The translations under genes and the position numbers were made by a program. A DNA stretch of 63,309 bases, the filler included. It is 8 parts of 8 records of this genome, joined end to end, with 100 filler letters (N's around TTAATTAATTAA, not from the genome) between each part and the next. Parts side by side here need not be neighbours in the genome. Positions count along the whole stretch, not along the records: positions 1 to 5,621 come from SRR31156797_48578; positions 5,722 to 20,387 come from SRR31156797_48675; 6 more parts are not named here. The stretch is one strand, 5' to 3'. Positions 1 through 9,048 of this stretch are shown piece by piece; positions within the stretch are counted from its first letter, which is position 1; each line of letters begins with the position of its first letter. The notes beneath the pieces are model-generated. The model worked only from the letters and a program-made list of their open reading frames with translations, had not been told where the DNA came from and ran no database searches.

Positions 1-18
1 GCTCCGCCGAAAATGACC
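1..18. repeat. Right half of a palindromic REP/MITE-like repeat at the contig start
   Basis: GC-TCC-GCCGAAAATGACC; the 13-mer GCCGAAAATGACC (6-18) is identical to 5609-5621 at the other end of the same contig. Confidence 0.6.
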
Positions 19-148
19 CGAATCAAAATCGAGCGATTTTTTCCAAATGAAATGAACGCGTAAATAATAACTGATGGTTTATTAGAAGTATGAAGCAATG
101 GACATAATTATTCGGATTTAATGTTTCCGGAAGAGTCTTATGACCTGA

Positions 149-1258
149 ATGGAAGCGGAAAGATGGAGGCGGCAAATGGGAAGTAGTGAAGTTTATAAAA
201 AATTGCAGGAAACCATGGCCAGGCGAAGGGGCGGCTATCCGGCCCTGGATATTCCCGAATTTTATGAAATGGCCGAGATTCTGTTTACTGAAGAAGAAGC
301 GGCCTTGAGCAATGCCATGCCCAAGGGATTTTTTACCGCCGAGATGCTGGCTTCCGAAGCGGGCGTGGATCAGGAATATGCGGCCGACCTGCTGGAAAAA
401 ATGGCCGACAAGGGGCTATGTACTTCAGCCGAAGTTGAAGGAACCCGGTTTTACGGCGGCCCTCCTTTTGTACCGGGCATTTTTGAATTCCAGTTCATGC
501 GCGGAACGACCACGGACCATGACAAGAAACTGGCCAGACTTATCCATAATTACAAGGAAGCTCATGAGCGCGTTGCCGGGCCGGAAGACACAAAATTCCC
601 TGGCATGCGGGTTATTACCGTGGAAAAAAAAATCGAAGCCGGCAATCGGGTTCATACTTACGACCAGGTGGCTTCATACATTGAAAACTACGATCCCATT
701 TCCGTCAGCACATGTTTTTGCAGGCATGAAGCCAAGCTCATAGATGAAAATGACGACTGCGGCAAGCCCATGGAAGTTTGCATGCAGTTCGGCGTCAATG
801 CGGAATTTACGGCTGAAAGGGGACTGGGCCGCAAGATCGACAAGAAAGAAGCACTTGAAATACTCAAAAAGTCCGAAGAAGCCGGGCTGGTCCATTGCAG
901 TCAGAACATGCAGGAAATAACTTTTCTATGCAACTGTTGCACCTGCCATTGCATGGTTATAAAGAGCGCTTTGAAACAGCCCAAACCAGCCCTGGCCCTT
1001 TATTCTACTTTTCAGCCCCGTTTTGACGCCGAGCTTTGCACCGCCTGCGAAACGTGCATGGACAACTGCCCGGCTTTTGCCCTGGAAATGGGAGACGATA
1101 CTCCCGATATCGACTTGGATCGCTGTTTTGGCTGCGGCGTCTGTGCTACATTATGCCCATCGGAAGCCATAACTCTTGTGGAAAGACCAGGACTGCCGGA
1201 ACCTCCGGCCGACCGCAAGGCATACCGGGAGGCCATGAAAGCCGCGTACCAGTCCTGA
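149..1258 (+). CDS. Multi-cluster 4Fe-4S binding protein (Desulfobacterota family); start may be ATG at 176
   Basis: CFCRH, CGKPMEVC and CNCCTCHC motifs plus C-terminal CTACETCMDNCP and CFGCGVCATLCP ferredoxin motifs. Confidence 0.85.
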   Translation: MEAERWRRQMGSSEVYKKLQETMARRRGGYPALDIPEFYEMAEILFTEEEAALSNAMPKGFFTAEMLASEAGVDQEYAADLLEKMADKGLCTSAEVEGTRFYGGPPFVPGIFEFQFMRGTTTDHDKKLARLIHNYKEAHERVAGPEDTKFPGMRVITVEKKIEAGNRVHTYDQVASYIENYDPISVSTCFCRHEAKLIDENDDCGKPMEVCMQFGVNAEFTAERGLGRKIDKKEALEILKKSEEAGLVHCSQNMQEITFLCNCCTCHCMVIKSALKQPKPALALYSTFQPRFDAELCTACETCMDNCPAFALEMGDDTPDIDLDRCFGCGVCATLCPSEAITLVERPGLPEPPADRKAYREAMKAAYQS

Positions 1259-1350
1259 CAAGGCCTAGGATTAACAGGCTTACTCGCCGGCTGAAACTGA
1301 CGGGTTTGCAGACGGCCGGCAGAACCTTTTTTTAAAAAAGCGAGATTAAA

Positions 1351-2133
1351 ATGAGTGAACTGGTTCTATCAAAACGTGAAAACGGGGTTTTGAGTCTATT
1401 TCTGAATAAACCCCAGACCTATAATGCTTTTGATCTTGAATTGATACAAATGTTCGCCGACAGGCTGATAACCGCCGGGGCTGACGACAGCATCCGGGCC
1501 GTGGTTGTCGGCGGTGAGGGCAAGGCTTTTTGCGCGGGAGGAGACCTGGGGCATGTAAGCCGCCATCCGGTTAGCCGGGGCGCCGCCCTGCACGAACTAG
1601 CCGCCCGGTTTCACCTGGCGATAATGGAAATCAGGCGCATGCCAAAACCGGTTATCGCGGCCATTGAAGGCCCGGCCGCCGGGGGCGGGTTCTCCCTGGC
1701 CCTGGCCTGCGACTTCAGGGTAATGTCGGAATCAGCCGTACTGAGGCAGGCATACACTTCCAACGGTCTGTGCATTGACGGCGGAGGCAGTTTCACATTG
1801 CCGCGCCTGGTGGGGATGGCCAAGGCTCTGGAAATAGCGGCATTTGATGAACCCATTAATGCTGAAAAGGCCATGCAATTGGGTTTGGTTACCAAGGTCG
1901 TTCCAAAGGGTTCGGCTTTGGCGGAAGCGAAAAACATGGCTGAAATGCTCGCGTCCAGATCAATCAACTCATTTGCCTGGAGCAAGCAGCTGTTCAACGA
2001 CTCGTTCGACAGTTCCCTGGAAACCCAGATGGAAAAAGAACGAACCGCCATACAAACCTGCGGCGGCCACAAAGACGGCCTGGAAGGCGTGTCCGCGTTT
2101 GTTGAAAAGAGAAAACCCGATTTTACCGGATGA
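1351..2133 (+). CDS. Enoyl-CoA hydratase/isomerase (crotonase, PaaG-like)
   Basis: AFCAGGDL, KPVIAAIEGPAAGGGFSLALACD, IDGGG, EGVSAFVEKRKPDF. Confidence 0.9.
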   Translation: MSELVLSKRENGVLSLFLNKPQTYNAFDLELIQMFADRLITAGADDSIRAVVVGGEGKAFCAGGDLGHVSRHPVSRGAALHELAARFHLAIMEIRRMPKPVIAAIEGPAAGGGFSLALACDFRVMSESAVLRQAYTSNGLCIDGGGSFTLPRLVGMAKALEIAAFDEPINAEKAMQLGLVTKVVPKGSALAEAKNMAEMLASRSINSFAWSKQLFNDSFDSSLETQMEKERTAIQTCGGHKDGLEGVSAFVEKRKPDFTG

Positions 2134-2205
2134 TATTATACCGCCGGATGCAACTGGGCGAGCAGACCGCGTCCGGCGCCGCGTGCTAGGAGAAAACAAA
2201 TCTGA

Positions 2206-3129
2206 ATGTTCACGAAAGAAAAAGACGCACCTAAAAATGGAGTAATTCCGGATCCTAAAGATGCGGCCACGGTGATACTACTCCGTGAAGCGGACGAGGC
2301 CGGGTTTGAAGTTTATTTAATGCGCCGGCACAAGAATCAATCTTTTATGGGCGGCGCCTTTGTTTTTCCCGGGGGAAGGCTGGACGAGGCCGACTGCGAT
2401 CCCTTGTTGGCCGGTCACGTATGCGGCTTAACCGGGGAGCCCCCGGCAAAATCCTTTAATGAGCAGGATCTTGACGGCGATAAGGCCCTGGGGCTTTATT
2501 TTACCGCAATTCGCGAAACATTCGAAGAAGCCGGAGTTTTGCCCGCCCAATATAAATCAGGGCAGTCCGTGGATTTTAATAATGAGACGGAAGCCCTGCG
2601 ATTCGCCGGGCATAGAAAAATGCTGCACGAAGGCCGAAGGTCTCTTTTGGAAATCGCGGACAAGGAAAATCTTTTGTTTTCCCTGGACATGCTCGTGCCT
2701 TATGCTCATTGGATAACGCCGGAAGTAGAATCAAAAAGATTTGATACGCGATTTTTCATCGCCCGGCCGCCCAAAGGCCAGACTCCCATCCATGATTCTG
2801 TGGAAATGACGGAATCCCTGTGGATAACGCCCCAGGAAGCCCTGGAAAGGCAGGGCCGAGGCCAATTGCTTCTGATGCCGCCGACGTTGATAACAATTAC
2901 CGAGTTGGCCTTTTTTGATTCAATAGAAGAGGTATTTGCCGAGGCCGCGAAAAAGGATATTCAGGTCATCATGCCGCAGCGCCTCTCAAAAGGCGATGCT
3001 TTCGGATTAAAACTGCCTAATGACCCGGAGTATTCTCTGGAAAGATATCGACAAGAGCCCAGACCTGATGAATGTACGAGGCTTTTCTGGATTGACGGTC
3101 GCTGGAAGCTGTGCAGGTTTGAAGATTAG
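2206..3129 (+). CDS. NUDIX hydrolase, NUDT19-like putative acyl-CoA diphosphatase
   Basis: PKDAATVILLR, FVFPGG, AIRETFEEAG, HWITP...RFDTRFF, MPPT. Confidence 0.85.
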   Translation: MFTKEKDAPKNGVIPDPKDAATVILLREADEAGFEVYLMRRHKNQSFMGGAFVFPGGRLDEADCDPLLAGHVCGLTGEPPAKSFNEQDLDGDKALGLYFTAIRETFEEAGVLPAQYKSGQSVDFNNETEALRFAGHRKMLHEGRRSLLEIADKENLLFSLDMLVPYAHWITPEVESKRFDTRFFIARPPKGQTPIHDSVEMTESLWITPQEALERQGRGQLLLMPPTLITITELAFFDSIEEVFAEAAKKDIQVIMPQRLSKGDAFGLKLPNDPEYSLERYRQEPRPDECTRLFWIDGRWKLCRFED

Positions 3130-3315
3130 GCGACGGATAGCCGGGCGGCCCTGATGCCCGGGCATATTTCCATTAGACTATAGTAATTATAATTCTACGA
3201 GGCTTTTTATTCCAATAAATGAATGATTACCATTAATTGACTTGCTTTTCCCGCCGATCCCGGTTAGTTTTCCCATAAATCCTGAGGATTTAAAAAGCCT
3301 GGAGAATGGTTTTCC

Positions 3316-4668
3316 ATGCCGGAATCAAAAATTCTGATTGTTGAAGACGAAGCAATCATAGCCCTGGACCTGGAAAGACGGATCGAGGATCTGGGCTATG
3401 AGGTATGCGCCAACGTCGCCACTGGTCAGGCCGCGCTTGGTTGCCTTGATGCCCAAAAGCCGGATTTGATATTGATGGATATTGTATTGAAATCCGGCAT
3501 GGACGGCGTTGAGGCCGCGGAAAAAATACGGGCAATCATGGATGTGCCCGTAGTGTTTATGACCGGCGCGGCTGATGAGGAAAGGATTCATCGAGCGGTT
3601 TCTCTGGAACCCTTCGGATATCTGCCTAAACCTTTTCGGGACAGGGATTTGAAGGCGGCCGTCGAAATGGCTCTTTACAAGGCCCGCCTGGACGATCGTA
3701 GAAAACAGGCCGAAAAGGAGTTGAAGATAGCCCACGCGGAACTTGAAATAAGAGTCAGGGACAGAACCGCCGAACTTGTTGAGGCGAACCGCGTTTTGCA
3801 GCAACAGATGGAGGAACTCAAGGAGGCTGAAAAAGCGCTGATCCGCAGCGAGGAAAAATACCGCACTATCGTCGATACGGCCCATGAAGGAGTGTGGCTT
3901 CTGGACGGCAATTTCAGGGCTATATATGTCAACCGCCGAATGACTCAAATGTTCGGGCGCCCGCGCGAAGATTTTATTGGAAAAGGAATACAAGATTTTC
4001 TTGATAAAGATTCCATTGCACGCGCTCAACAATTTTTCCAAGGCATTATTACCGGAAAAAGCGCCAGAAACGATATTCGCTTTCGTCGACATGACGGCAA
4101 GGACATATGGACTATTGTTTCCGGCAGTCCCTTATACGGCGACGACGGCGAGTTCCAGGGCGTATTGGCCATGGTGGTGGACATATCCCGGCGCGTTGAG
4201 GCAGAACGGGAATTGCTAAAAAAAGAAAGGGAACTTGAAAGACAGGCCCGTAAGCTGGAGGAAGCCAATATCGGGCTAAAAGTTTTAATACAACACCGGG
4301 AGGAAGAAAAAAGCGCTTCGGAAAAACAACTTATAAATAGTGTGGAAAAATTGCTTTCTCCCCTGATAAACAGGATGAAAGGAACAAAACTTGACCCCCG
4401 ACAGGAGGCGTATCTTTCAGTTTTAGAATCAAATCTTGCGGAAATTACATCCCGATACGCGGGAAGGCTGTCATCCAGATTCCTGACGCTTACGCCGTCC
4501 GAACTTGAAATTGCAGGTATGATAAGGTCGGGAAGCACAAGCGCGGAAATCGCCAGGCTCCTGAATATTTCTGAAAACGGGGTTGAATTTCATAGAAAAA
4601 ATATCAGATCAAAACTTGGACTTAAGCATAAAAAAATAAATCTTCGCACCTATCTTCAGCAAATGTAG
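3316..4668 (+). CDS. Receiver-PAS-LuxR HTH transcriptional regulator
   Basis: N-terminal IVEDE...LMDI...KPF receiver, central PAS, C-terminal LTPSELEIA...EIARLLNIS...HRKNIRSKLG. Confidence 0.9.
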   Translation: MPESKILIVEDEAIIALDLERRIEDLGYEVCANVATGQAALGCLDAQKPDLILMDIVLKSGMDGVEAAEKIRAIMDVPVVFMTGAADEERIHRAVSLEPFGYLPKPFRDRDLKAAVEMALYKARLDDRRKQAEKELKIAHAELEIRVRDRTAELVEANRVLQQQMEELKEAEKALIRSEEKYRTIVDTAHEGVWLLDGNFRAIYVNRRMTQMFGRPREDFIGKGIQDFLDKDSIARAQQFFQGIITGKSARNDIRFRRHDGKDIWTIVSGSPLYGDDGEFQGVLAMVVDISRRVEAERELLKKERELERQARKLEEANIGLKVLIQHREEEKSASEKQLINSVEKLLSPLINRMKGTKLDPRQEAYLSVLESNLAEITSRYAGRLSSRFLTLTPSELEIAGMIRSGSTSAEIARLLNISENGVEFHRKNIRSKLGLKHKKINLRTYLQQM

Positions 4669-5094
4669 CCTTCTATTTCCCTTGAATATTGTATAAATTA
4701 CGACATTGTAGCAGTATTTAACTACGGGTTTACTACCATTAAACTCAGTTCCAGTCCCGACTCCTATATTGTATAATCTTCTAAAGAAGGGGAATCGACA
4801 ACCACAGACTATATCAGGTTAAATTAAAAGCCAGACCGACAAGGCGCCATTAAGCAATTTGTAAAATTTTAAGACTATTAATACAAATATGAATTTCAGG
4901 TTAAAAAATTATGGAGGAAATTTGGAATTCCCGTGATTAACATGATATCCTGCATTAGGGTTAGGTAATGAAAACGCCGAAAATATAATAAATAAAGAAC
5001 GGATCTTTATAAGCCTAATAATTAAGACCGGTTGCTTTGTTGTGTAACCGTGGATCCGGCTTTTGATTCAGAGTCGCTGCCATGGAGGCTGCTT

Positions 5095-5484
5095 GTGGCC
5101 GGAGAAAAGATCTTGGTGGTTGAGGATGAGGCAGTCATTGCCGCCGATATTGCCGACAGGCTGGCGGCCATGGGTTACCAGGCCTGTGACCTGGTCGCCA
5201 CCGGAGAAGAGGCTGTTAAAGTTGCCGGCCAAAATAAACCCGACCTGATCCTGATGGATATTTATCTGCAGGGTGAAATGGATGGAATTGAAGCCGCCGG
5301 GCTTATCAGGAGCAGGTCAAATGTTCCCATACTTTTTTTAACTACATATGCGGACTCCGAATTACTGGAACGGGCAAAAAAAACGGAGCCTTATGCCTAT
5401 CTGCTCAAACCGTTTGTAACCTATGAATTAAGAGCAAACATTGAAATGGCTCTGTATAAGGCCAAGAAAGCCGACAAAGAATAG
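5095..5484 (+). CDS. Stand-alone response regulator receiver domain
   Basis: VVEDE, LILMDI, MDGIEAA, YLLKPF; GGAGG RBS precedes GTG at 5095 (track ORF starts at 5032). Confidence 0.85.
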   Translation: MAGEKILVVEDEAVIAADIADRLAAMGYQACDLVATGEEAVKVAGQNKPDLILMDIYLQGEMDGIEAAGLIRSRSNVPILFLTTYADSELLERAKKTEPYAYLLKPFVTYELRANIEMALYKAKKADKE

Positions 5485-5534
5485 CCGGGGTTTAAAAGGA
5501 CGTAAGGACGCAAGTATTTTTATCTGACATTAAA

Positions 5535-5621
5535 ATGAAGCTCCCCGCAGCAAGCTGAGGGTTATTAAATTCGCTTCAACAGACCTTCGGTCGGTCATAT
5601 TCGGCTGCGCCGAAAATGACC
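5535..5621. repeat. Composite palindromic REP/MITE-like element at the contig end
   Basis: Imperfect hairpin CCCCGCAGC-AA-GCTGAGGGT (5543-5562) and hairpin GGTCATATTCGGC-TGC-GCCGAAAATGACC (5593-5621). Confidence 0.6.
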
Positions 5622-5721
5622 NNNNNNNNNNNNNNNNNNNNNNNNNNNNNNNNNNNNNNNNNNNNTTAATTAATTAANNNNNNNNNNNNNNNNNNNNNNN
5701 NNNNNNNNNNNNNNNNNNNNN
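5622..5721. other. Artificial contig spacer
   Basis: N-run, TTAATTAATTAA (stops in all six frames), N-run; 100 bp. Confidence 0.99.
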
Positions 5722-5751
5722 GGATCTTCATACTCGTGCGTCAGTACTGGT

Positions 5752-6200
5752 TCAGCGGCCGCAAGCGCTTCGGATAATTTCCGCATACACTTTTGAAGAG
5801 GCGATTAAGTCGACGATGGGGACATGGTCTTCCGGCGTATGGGCGAAGCGTTCATCCCCCGGCCCGAATCCGGCACAGGGGATGCCGGCGCCCTGGATGA
5901 AGGTACCGTCCACCCCGAATTTCCATGTGGATAAATCTCCCGGGTCGCCCAGCACGGCCTCCCTCGCCTTTCGGATGATGTGGACGATCGGTTCATCTTC
6001 GGGGCAATAGAGGGGCGGGAAGTCCTTCACCAGTTCCACCGTTGCCTGAAATTCAGGGTCTTTTTCGCCCCGTTTATCAATGAGTGCCTCCATCTCTTTT
6101 TTTACTGAATCAGCCGTTTCTTCAGGTAGATACCGCCTGTCAATCGCTATTTGGCACCGGTCCGGCGTAATGGGGCCCAACCTTCCGGCGTTATCCTGAA
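5752..6200 (-). pseudogene. C-terminal fragment of an M20 metallopeptidase/deacylase (ArgE/DapE/YgeY-like)
   Basis: PDRCQIAIDRR, WKFGVDG, GIPCAGFGPGDERFAHTPEDH; the N-terminal metal-binding half is absent and IS200-like sequence lies where it should be. Confidence 0.7.
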
Positions 6201-6222
6201 AAGAAATTTGAGGGGAAACCAT

Positions 6223-6400
6223 ATGCATGAAGGACGGAGTCTATCTCACGCAAGATGGGATTGCAAATGTCATGTGGTATTGTTGCTGAAATTACGAAAT
6301 GGTTTTTCGGGAACAAAGATCAAATTCATAAGCGTAAAGGGATCGGCAGGTCCATTGGAGCCGCTTATTCAGCGTGTCGTCAGGGAAAAATTCAGGCGGC
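6223..6400 (+). mobile_element. tnpA: Decayed IS200/IS605-family tnpA remnant
   Basis: GAGGGG RBS, then MHEGRSLSHARWDCKCHVV (TnpA N-terminal pattern SLSHxxWxCKYHxV); a second frame continues KWFFG...IG...ACRQGKI; no HUH motif recovered. Confidence 0.65.
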
Positions 6401-6505
6401 TTTTGAAAAAGGAAGGGAGCATCTTCCGTCTCGACTGGCGTTCACTGGCGTTCCGGTTGCGCTATCCCTCCGGGATAAAACGGCGTCAGGACCTCTGTAC
6501 TCAGA

Positions 6506-7750
6506 TTATTGCTCTATATTTGCAGATTCAAGGATTGCGTGCAGCAGAACGTTTGCACCGGCTTCGCAGTCTTCCCATGCGGTGTTTTCCACTTCCACAT
6601 GGCTGCGGCCACCGATGCTGGGAACAAAGATCATGGCCGTGGGGCAGATCTGGTTCATGTAACTGGCGTCATGCCCTGCGCCGCTGACCATGTGGAGGGC
6701 CGGATAATTTAATTCTTCAGCAATCCTGAGGATTTGTCGTACCAAATTTACATCAAAGGAGGAATGCTCGACCCGCCAGGTTTCTTCAATTCTGACCGGA
6801 CAACCTCTCCTTGTGGCGATCTCTTCAAAGTCGGTGCGGACCATTTCCCATGCCTTCAGGGCATGTTCGTCGTCCCAGGAGCGGATGTCCACCGTAAAGT
6901 GGACCCTGTCCGGGATGATGTTTCTGGAATTGGGAAAATTTTCAATTTCACCCACGGTTGCAACCATATTTCCGCCCATGCGCCCCGGCAGTTCATTGAC
7001 CTTCAGGATCATTTCCGAGGCGGCACACAAGGCATCATGTCTTCCCGCCATGGGTGTCGGTCCCACCTGATTGGCTTCACCTTCCAGGTAGATGTCATAC
7101 CAATGCAAACAAAGAATGCCTTTGGGGGCGCCGATAATGTTCCCATCTCTTTCAAGGACGGGGCCTTGTTCGATATGATATTCATAATAGGCGTGAACCG
7201 GCCGTTTCCCGGCAGGGACCGGGCCCCGGTAGGAGATACGGTTCAGTTCGTCCGCAAACCTTCTGCCGTTTACATCGGTTCTGTCGTAAGCCCAATCCTT
7301 ATCCAGGGCGCCGGTCCACACACCGGATCCGACCATGGCGGGGGGGAAACGGGAACCTTCTTCGTTGGTCCAGTTGACGATTGTAACGGAACGGTCCGTT
7401 TTAATATGGTGGTCACACAGTGTGCGCAGAACTTCCAAGGCTCCCATGACGCCCAGAACCCCGTCAAATCGTCCCCCTTTCGGCTGAGAATCCATATGGG
7501 ATCCGCTCATGACGGGTAACAGACCGGGGTCTTTGCCCGGGCGGTTTCCGAAAATATTACCCATGTCGTCGATAATGATTTCCAGCTTGAGCTCTTTAAG
7601 CCACCCCACGAAAAGATCCCTTGCCCTTTTGTCCTCTTGGGAGAGGGCCAGGCGCTGGACTCCGCCATTGGGAGTGGCGCCGATCCTTGCCATTTCTTCA
7701 AGGGAGCCCCGCAGCCGTTTTCCGTTGACTCTCAAGCCTTTCAAATCCAT
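6506..7750 (-). CDS. Zn-dependent N-carbamoyl-amino acid hydrolase (beta-ureidopropionase/allantoate amidohydrolase family)
   Basis: SGSHMDSQPKGGRFDG, WTNEEGSRF, EYHIEQGP, SGAGHDA, MIFVPS..GRSH. Confidence 0.9.
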   Translation of the reverse strand: MDLKGLRVNGKRLRGSLEEMARIGATPNGGVQRLALSQEDKRARDLFVGWLKELKLEIIIDDMGNIFGNRPGKDPGLLPVMSGSHMDSQPKGGRFDGVLGVMGALEVLRTLCDHHIKTDRSVTIVNWTNEEGSRFPPAMVGSGVWTGALDKDWAYDRTDVNGRRFADELNRISYRGPVPAGKRPVHAYYEYHIEQGPVLERDGNIIGAPKGILCLHWYDIYLEGEANQVGPTPMAGRHDALCAASEMILKVNELPGRMGGNMVATVGEIENFPNSRNIIPDRVHFTVDIRSWDDEHALKAWEMVRTDFEEIATRRGCPVRIEETWRVEHSSFDVNLVRQILRIAEELNYPALHMVSGAGHDASYMNQICPTAMIFVPSIGGRSHVEVENTAWEDCEAGANVLLHAILESANIEQ

Positions 7751-7851
7751 TGTTCAAAGCGCCTCAATGATAAGGGTTTTTTCACGTCATGAATCTATTA
7801 AAGATGCACTGAATCGGACGTCCGGATCTCCTGACCGAAAGCTGAAGAAGT

Positions 7852-8964
7852 TTAGAGGATCTCGTTAAACTGAGCGCACTCAAGACCGAAGGCATCGGCA
7901 ACCCCCCGGCAGGTTACCTTCCCATTGGCAACGTTCACCCCGTGCATAATTTCAGGATTATCCCTGATAGCCCCTTTCCATCCCCTGTCGGCAATCTGAA
8001 CCGCATAGGGGAGGGTGGCGTTGGTGAGGGCGATTGTGGATGTTTTGGCCACGGCCCCCGGCATATTGGCCACGCAATAATGCACCACGCCGTCCACTTC
8101 ATAGATCGGGTCGGAATGGGTCGTCGGTTTTGAGGTTTCAAAGCACCCCCCCTGGTCAATGGCCACATCCACGAGCACCGAGCCGCTCATCATGGTGCTC
8201 AACATCTCTCTTGTGATCAGCTTGGGTGCTTTGGCGCCGGGGATGAGCACCGCGCCGACCACGACGTGGGCCTCTCTCACAAGTTTTCTGATGGTTGCCG
8301 GGTCGGACATGAGAAGGGTGCAATTGGCCGGCATGACGTCACTCAGATATCGTAACCTTTGGAGATTGAAGTCCAGCAAATAGACTTTGGCGCCCAGTCC
8401 GCAGGCCATCTTGGCTGCATGGGTTCCCACGACGCCGCCACCGATAACCAGTACGGTTCCCGGGTCCACGCCGGGAACGCCGCCCAGCAAGATCCCTTGC
8501 CCTCCGTACTCCATTTCCAGGTATTTGGCCCCCTGTTGAACGGCCATGCGACCGGCGACTTCGCTCATGGGCGTCAGCAGCGGGAGGGTACCGTCTTCTT
8601 TCTGAATGGTTTCATAGGCGATATTGATGGAACCGCGTCGGATTAAGGCTTCGGTCAACGTCTCCGATGCAGCCAGATGAAGATAGGTGAAAACAATCTG
8701 GTTTTCCCTTATGTACGCGTACTCGGAGGGGAGCGGCTCCTTGACGTGCATAACCATCTCGGAGCGGGCATAGATCTCCTTTGCCGTTTCCACAATTTCG
8801 GCTCCGGCCTTGAGATAGACCGCGTCCATAAAACCGCTGGCAACGCCGGCGCCCTTTTCAAGAAGAACCGTGTGCCCGTTTTGTTTCATCACCTCCACCC
8901 CGGCCGGGGTCATTGAAACCCGGTTCTCTTCGACTTTGATCTCCTTTAAAATCCCTACTATCAT
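7852..8964 (-). CDS. ald: Alanine dehydrogenase
   Basis: GILKEIKVEENRV, HVKEP, FTYLHLAA, PMSEVAGR, DVAIDQGGC, YCVANMPGAV; GGAGG RBS before ATG at 8964. Confidence 0.95.
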   Translation of the reverse strand: MIVGILKEIKVEENRVSMTPAGVEVMKQNGHTVLLEKGAGVASGFMDAVYLKAGAEIVETAKEIYARSEMVMHVKEPLPSEYAYIRENQIVFTYLHLAASETLTEALIRRGSINIAYETIQKEDGTLPLLTPMSEVAGRMAVQQGAKYLEMEYGGQGILLGGVPGVDPGTVLVIGGGVVGTHAAKMACGLGAKVYLLDFNLQRLRYLSDVMPANCTLLMSDPATIRKLVREAHVVVGAVLIPGAKAPKLITREMLSTMMSGSVLVDVAIDQGGCFETSKPTTHSDPIYEVDGVVHYCVANMPGAVAKTSTIALTNATLPYAVQIADRGWKGAIRDNPEIMHGVNVANGKVTCRGVADAFGLECAQFNEIL

Positions 8965-9048
8965 GACGGCCTCCAGGAAAAATTCCATGGGGAGGGCGTA
9001 AGCCCTCTTTTAAATTTCCTTAATGTTCAAACGGGTGCATAAGGATCC

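Noticed and set aside
5666-5677. TTAATTAATTAA recurring seven times as a biological repeat or CRISPR
   Set aside because: It is always embedded in N-runs; it is a synthetic six-frame stop linker.
6151-6687. 178-aa ORF as an intact transposase
   Set aside because: Only about 25 residues resemble TnpA; the rest is out of frame and overlaps the carbamoylase gene antisense.
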